From the NCBI RefSeq assembly GCF_009914755.1, contig NC_060948.1: a DNA stretch of 64,000 nt; one strand, 5' to 3'. A program made the translations under genes and the position numbers. Shown in pieces: positions 60,827 to 64,000 of this stretch. The notes under the pieces were generated by a model, which did not search any database, was not told the DNA's origin, and saw only the letters and a program-made list of their open reading frames with translations. Numbering within the stretch: the first letter of the stretch is position 1; each line of letters starts with the position of its first letter. This stretch comes from the human T2T-CHM13v2.0 reference genome, Homo sapiens.

Positions 60827-62954
60827 AGATCCATATTTTTTAAAAGAAAAAAAATTTCAAAGGTACTCTGCTTGGTACAATAATCAAATGTATAAACTGA
60901 GGAATAAAACATAACCATGAAACCTACTTATAACTGTATACGGAAAATACAGAGGATAATTTTTTAAATAACATATTTTGAAAGCCTTAACTAGTAATTT
61001 GAAGAGTTGGCATTTGAAAGGCCAGTTTGAATATACCTTCAAAGCATCAACACAGGTTCCCCATGAGAAAAAGCAAACTCAGGGAAAATAAAACCACAAA
61101 GGTTCAATCTCTTCTGACCTTTGAAAGACACAGCACAGACAGTGGTCCTTAGGACGAAGAGCAGGAGACCCCTAATTCCGTCACCATGGCGATAGGGCAT
61201 AAACATTGCTGGGTGAGGGCACAATCCACATTGTGAGGTCCAACTGCTGCCAGGAAGACAGGAGTGCTTTTACATAGACCGAAAGGTCATTGAAGGCTCA
61301 GAGTTTTGTTTCAAGAACTGAATCCCAAGCCCACACGTTATTAGGCTGCGCTTCTTAAAACAAGTTATGAGATGGGAAAAAGGGCACCCACAAACATTCG
61401 TATACATTATTTATATAATAATATACAGTATCATATATATAATATATATAACCTATGTATAATATTGTTTTACATCCTGCATCTTATAATATATATATTG
61501 TATAAAATATAATAATTGATAATATATAAGTTTTATATTTATACAATATGACATATAGTATATATTATAATTTATGACATATATAATATATGTTATATAT
61601 CATATATAGAATATATTATACGGTTAATATACGTATTAAATATAAATTATACTTTATGTATATTATATATAATATATCTGTTATATAAAATACCCATTAT
61701 GCATAATATATATGTTATGTCTATGTTATATATAGTATAAAACAACATATAATAATATATAATTGTATATATAAAATGCGACATATAATATATATTATAT
61801 TTTGTGACATATGTAAAATATATTATATATTATATATAATACGTTGTATGTATAATACCTATATTAAATATATATTATATGACTATGTTATTAATTACAT
61901 GTCACATATGTTATATATTATATATTTTACATAGAATATACCGGTTACATACAATATATACTATGTTACCTATAATGTATAATTGATTACATGTAAAATA
62001 AAGAATGCAATATATTATGTATAATTTATAATATACAATATGTGGAATGTGATATATATAACATATAATGTATGATATAAGATATACAGTATATGATATA
62101 TAACATACAATATATGATACCTAATATATATGGTATACAATATATATTTTATGATATGTATTCTATATGTTTTATATTCTGTTATATATAACTATTTGAA
62201 ATTATATATAACTGTATAATATTTTATGTAAATATGTAATATAATATTTATAACCATATAATATATTATATATAACTATATATTATGTTATATATACTTT
62301 TATAACATAATTTACATAAAATATCATAATATAATATATATTATATTATTTCATATTACATAATATATATTACATATCACCCAATATAATTAACATACAT
62401 AATATTATAATATAGATTATATTATGTTATATTAAATATCATATATATCATGTATCATATATTCTATAATATATATTATACATTATATAATATGTATGTT
62501 GTCTATTATGTGATATATATAACTATATATATAATTATATTATTATACATATAACTAGATAAACATGTAATTCGACATATTTTCATTTATAATATATAGA
62601 ATTATATAATCATATATAATTATTTATATTCTATAAAAAATTATATCATTATATAAATTATAATATATAAAAATTATAACATGTACTACAAATATATATA
62701 TTATATATCATATATGATATAGCACCTTTGTTATATATCATAATACATACAAATGTGTATTATGTTATCTATAATTTTAAAATTTCATATATAAGATGTA
62801 TAATATGTATTATATATTATATATGTTATGTAATATATATAGTATATATAAGATGACACAGGATAAATATTATATACTATGACATATAAAATATATGAGG
62901 TTATATGTTACGTATAAGGCATAGCACATAACACGTAATATATATCATATATAA

Positions 62955-63246
<292 letters not shown>

Positions 63247-64000
63247 AGATCCATATTTTTTAAAAGAAAAAAAATTTCAAAGGTACTCTGCTTGGTACAA
63301 TAATCAAATGTATAAACTGAGGAATAAAACATAACCATGAAACCTACTTATAACTGTATACGGAAAATACAGAGGATAATTTTTTAAATAACATATTTTG
63401 AAAGCCTTAACTAGTAATTTGAAGAGTTGGCATTTGAAAGGCCAGTTTGAATACACCTTCAAAGCATCAACACAGGTTCCCCATGAGAAAAAGCAAACTC
63501 AGGGAAAATAAAACCACAAAGGTTCAATCTCTTCTGACCTTTGAAAGACACAGCACAGACAGTGGTCCTTAGGACGAAGAGCAGGAGACCCCTAATTCCG
63601 TCACCATGGCGATAGGGCATAAACATTGCTGGGTGAGGGCACAATCCACATTGTGAGGTCCAACTGCTGCCAGGAAGACAGGAGTGCTTTTACATAGACC
63701 GAAAGGTCATTGAAGGCTCAGAGTTTTGTTTCAAGAACTGAATCCCAAGCCCACACGTTATTAGGCTGCGCTTCTTAAAACAAGTTATGAGATGGGAAAA
63801 AGGGCACCCACAAACATTCGTATACATTATTTATATAATAATATACAGTATCATATATATAATATATATAACCTATGTATAATATTGTTTTACATCCTGC
63901 ATCTTATAATATATATATTGTATAAAATATAATAATTGATAATATATAAGTTTTATATTTATACAATATGACATATAGTATATATTATAATTTATGACAT

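Overview
The whole window is one uninterrupted head-to-tail tandem array of a ~2.42-kb composite unit: 26 complete units plus a partial 27th, 2412-2422 bp long, modal length 2420. Each unit has three parts: a slightly 5'-truncated, diverged Alu on the minus strand (~292 bp), a ~570-bp mixed-sequence core (the HSATI-type segment) and ~1.55 kb of degenerate AT-rich sequence. This architecture, the unit length and a predicted ~2.15-kb HaeIII fragment match the known human/hominid DYZ2 (HSat1B) satellite. The most likely source is Yq12 heterochromatin, although related HSat1B arrays on the acrocentric chromosomes cannot be excluded by eye. I see no credible protein-coding gene, RNA gene or CRISPR array and no evidence of a new biological system; the listed ORFs are repeat artefacts. 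The readable signal is the array's history: a 7253-bp three-unit duplication, nested single-unit duplications, chimeric units, and a right-hand group of more diverged units that keep ancestral Alu alleles. Unit starts used below, anchored on GACATATAAAATATATGAG: U1 1, U2 2423, U3 4836, U4 7256, U5 9676, U6 12089, U7 14509, U8 16929, U9 19346, U10 21768, U11 24188, U12 26608, U13 29028, U14 31448, U15 33868, U16 36285, U17 38702, U18 41120, U19 43538, U20 45956, U21 48376, U22 50788, U23 53208, U24 55621, U25 58041, U26 60461, U27 62881.
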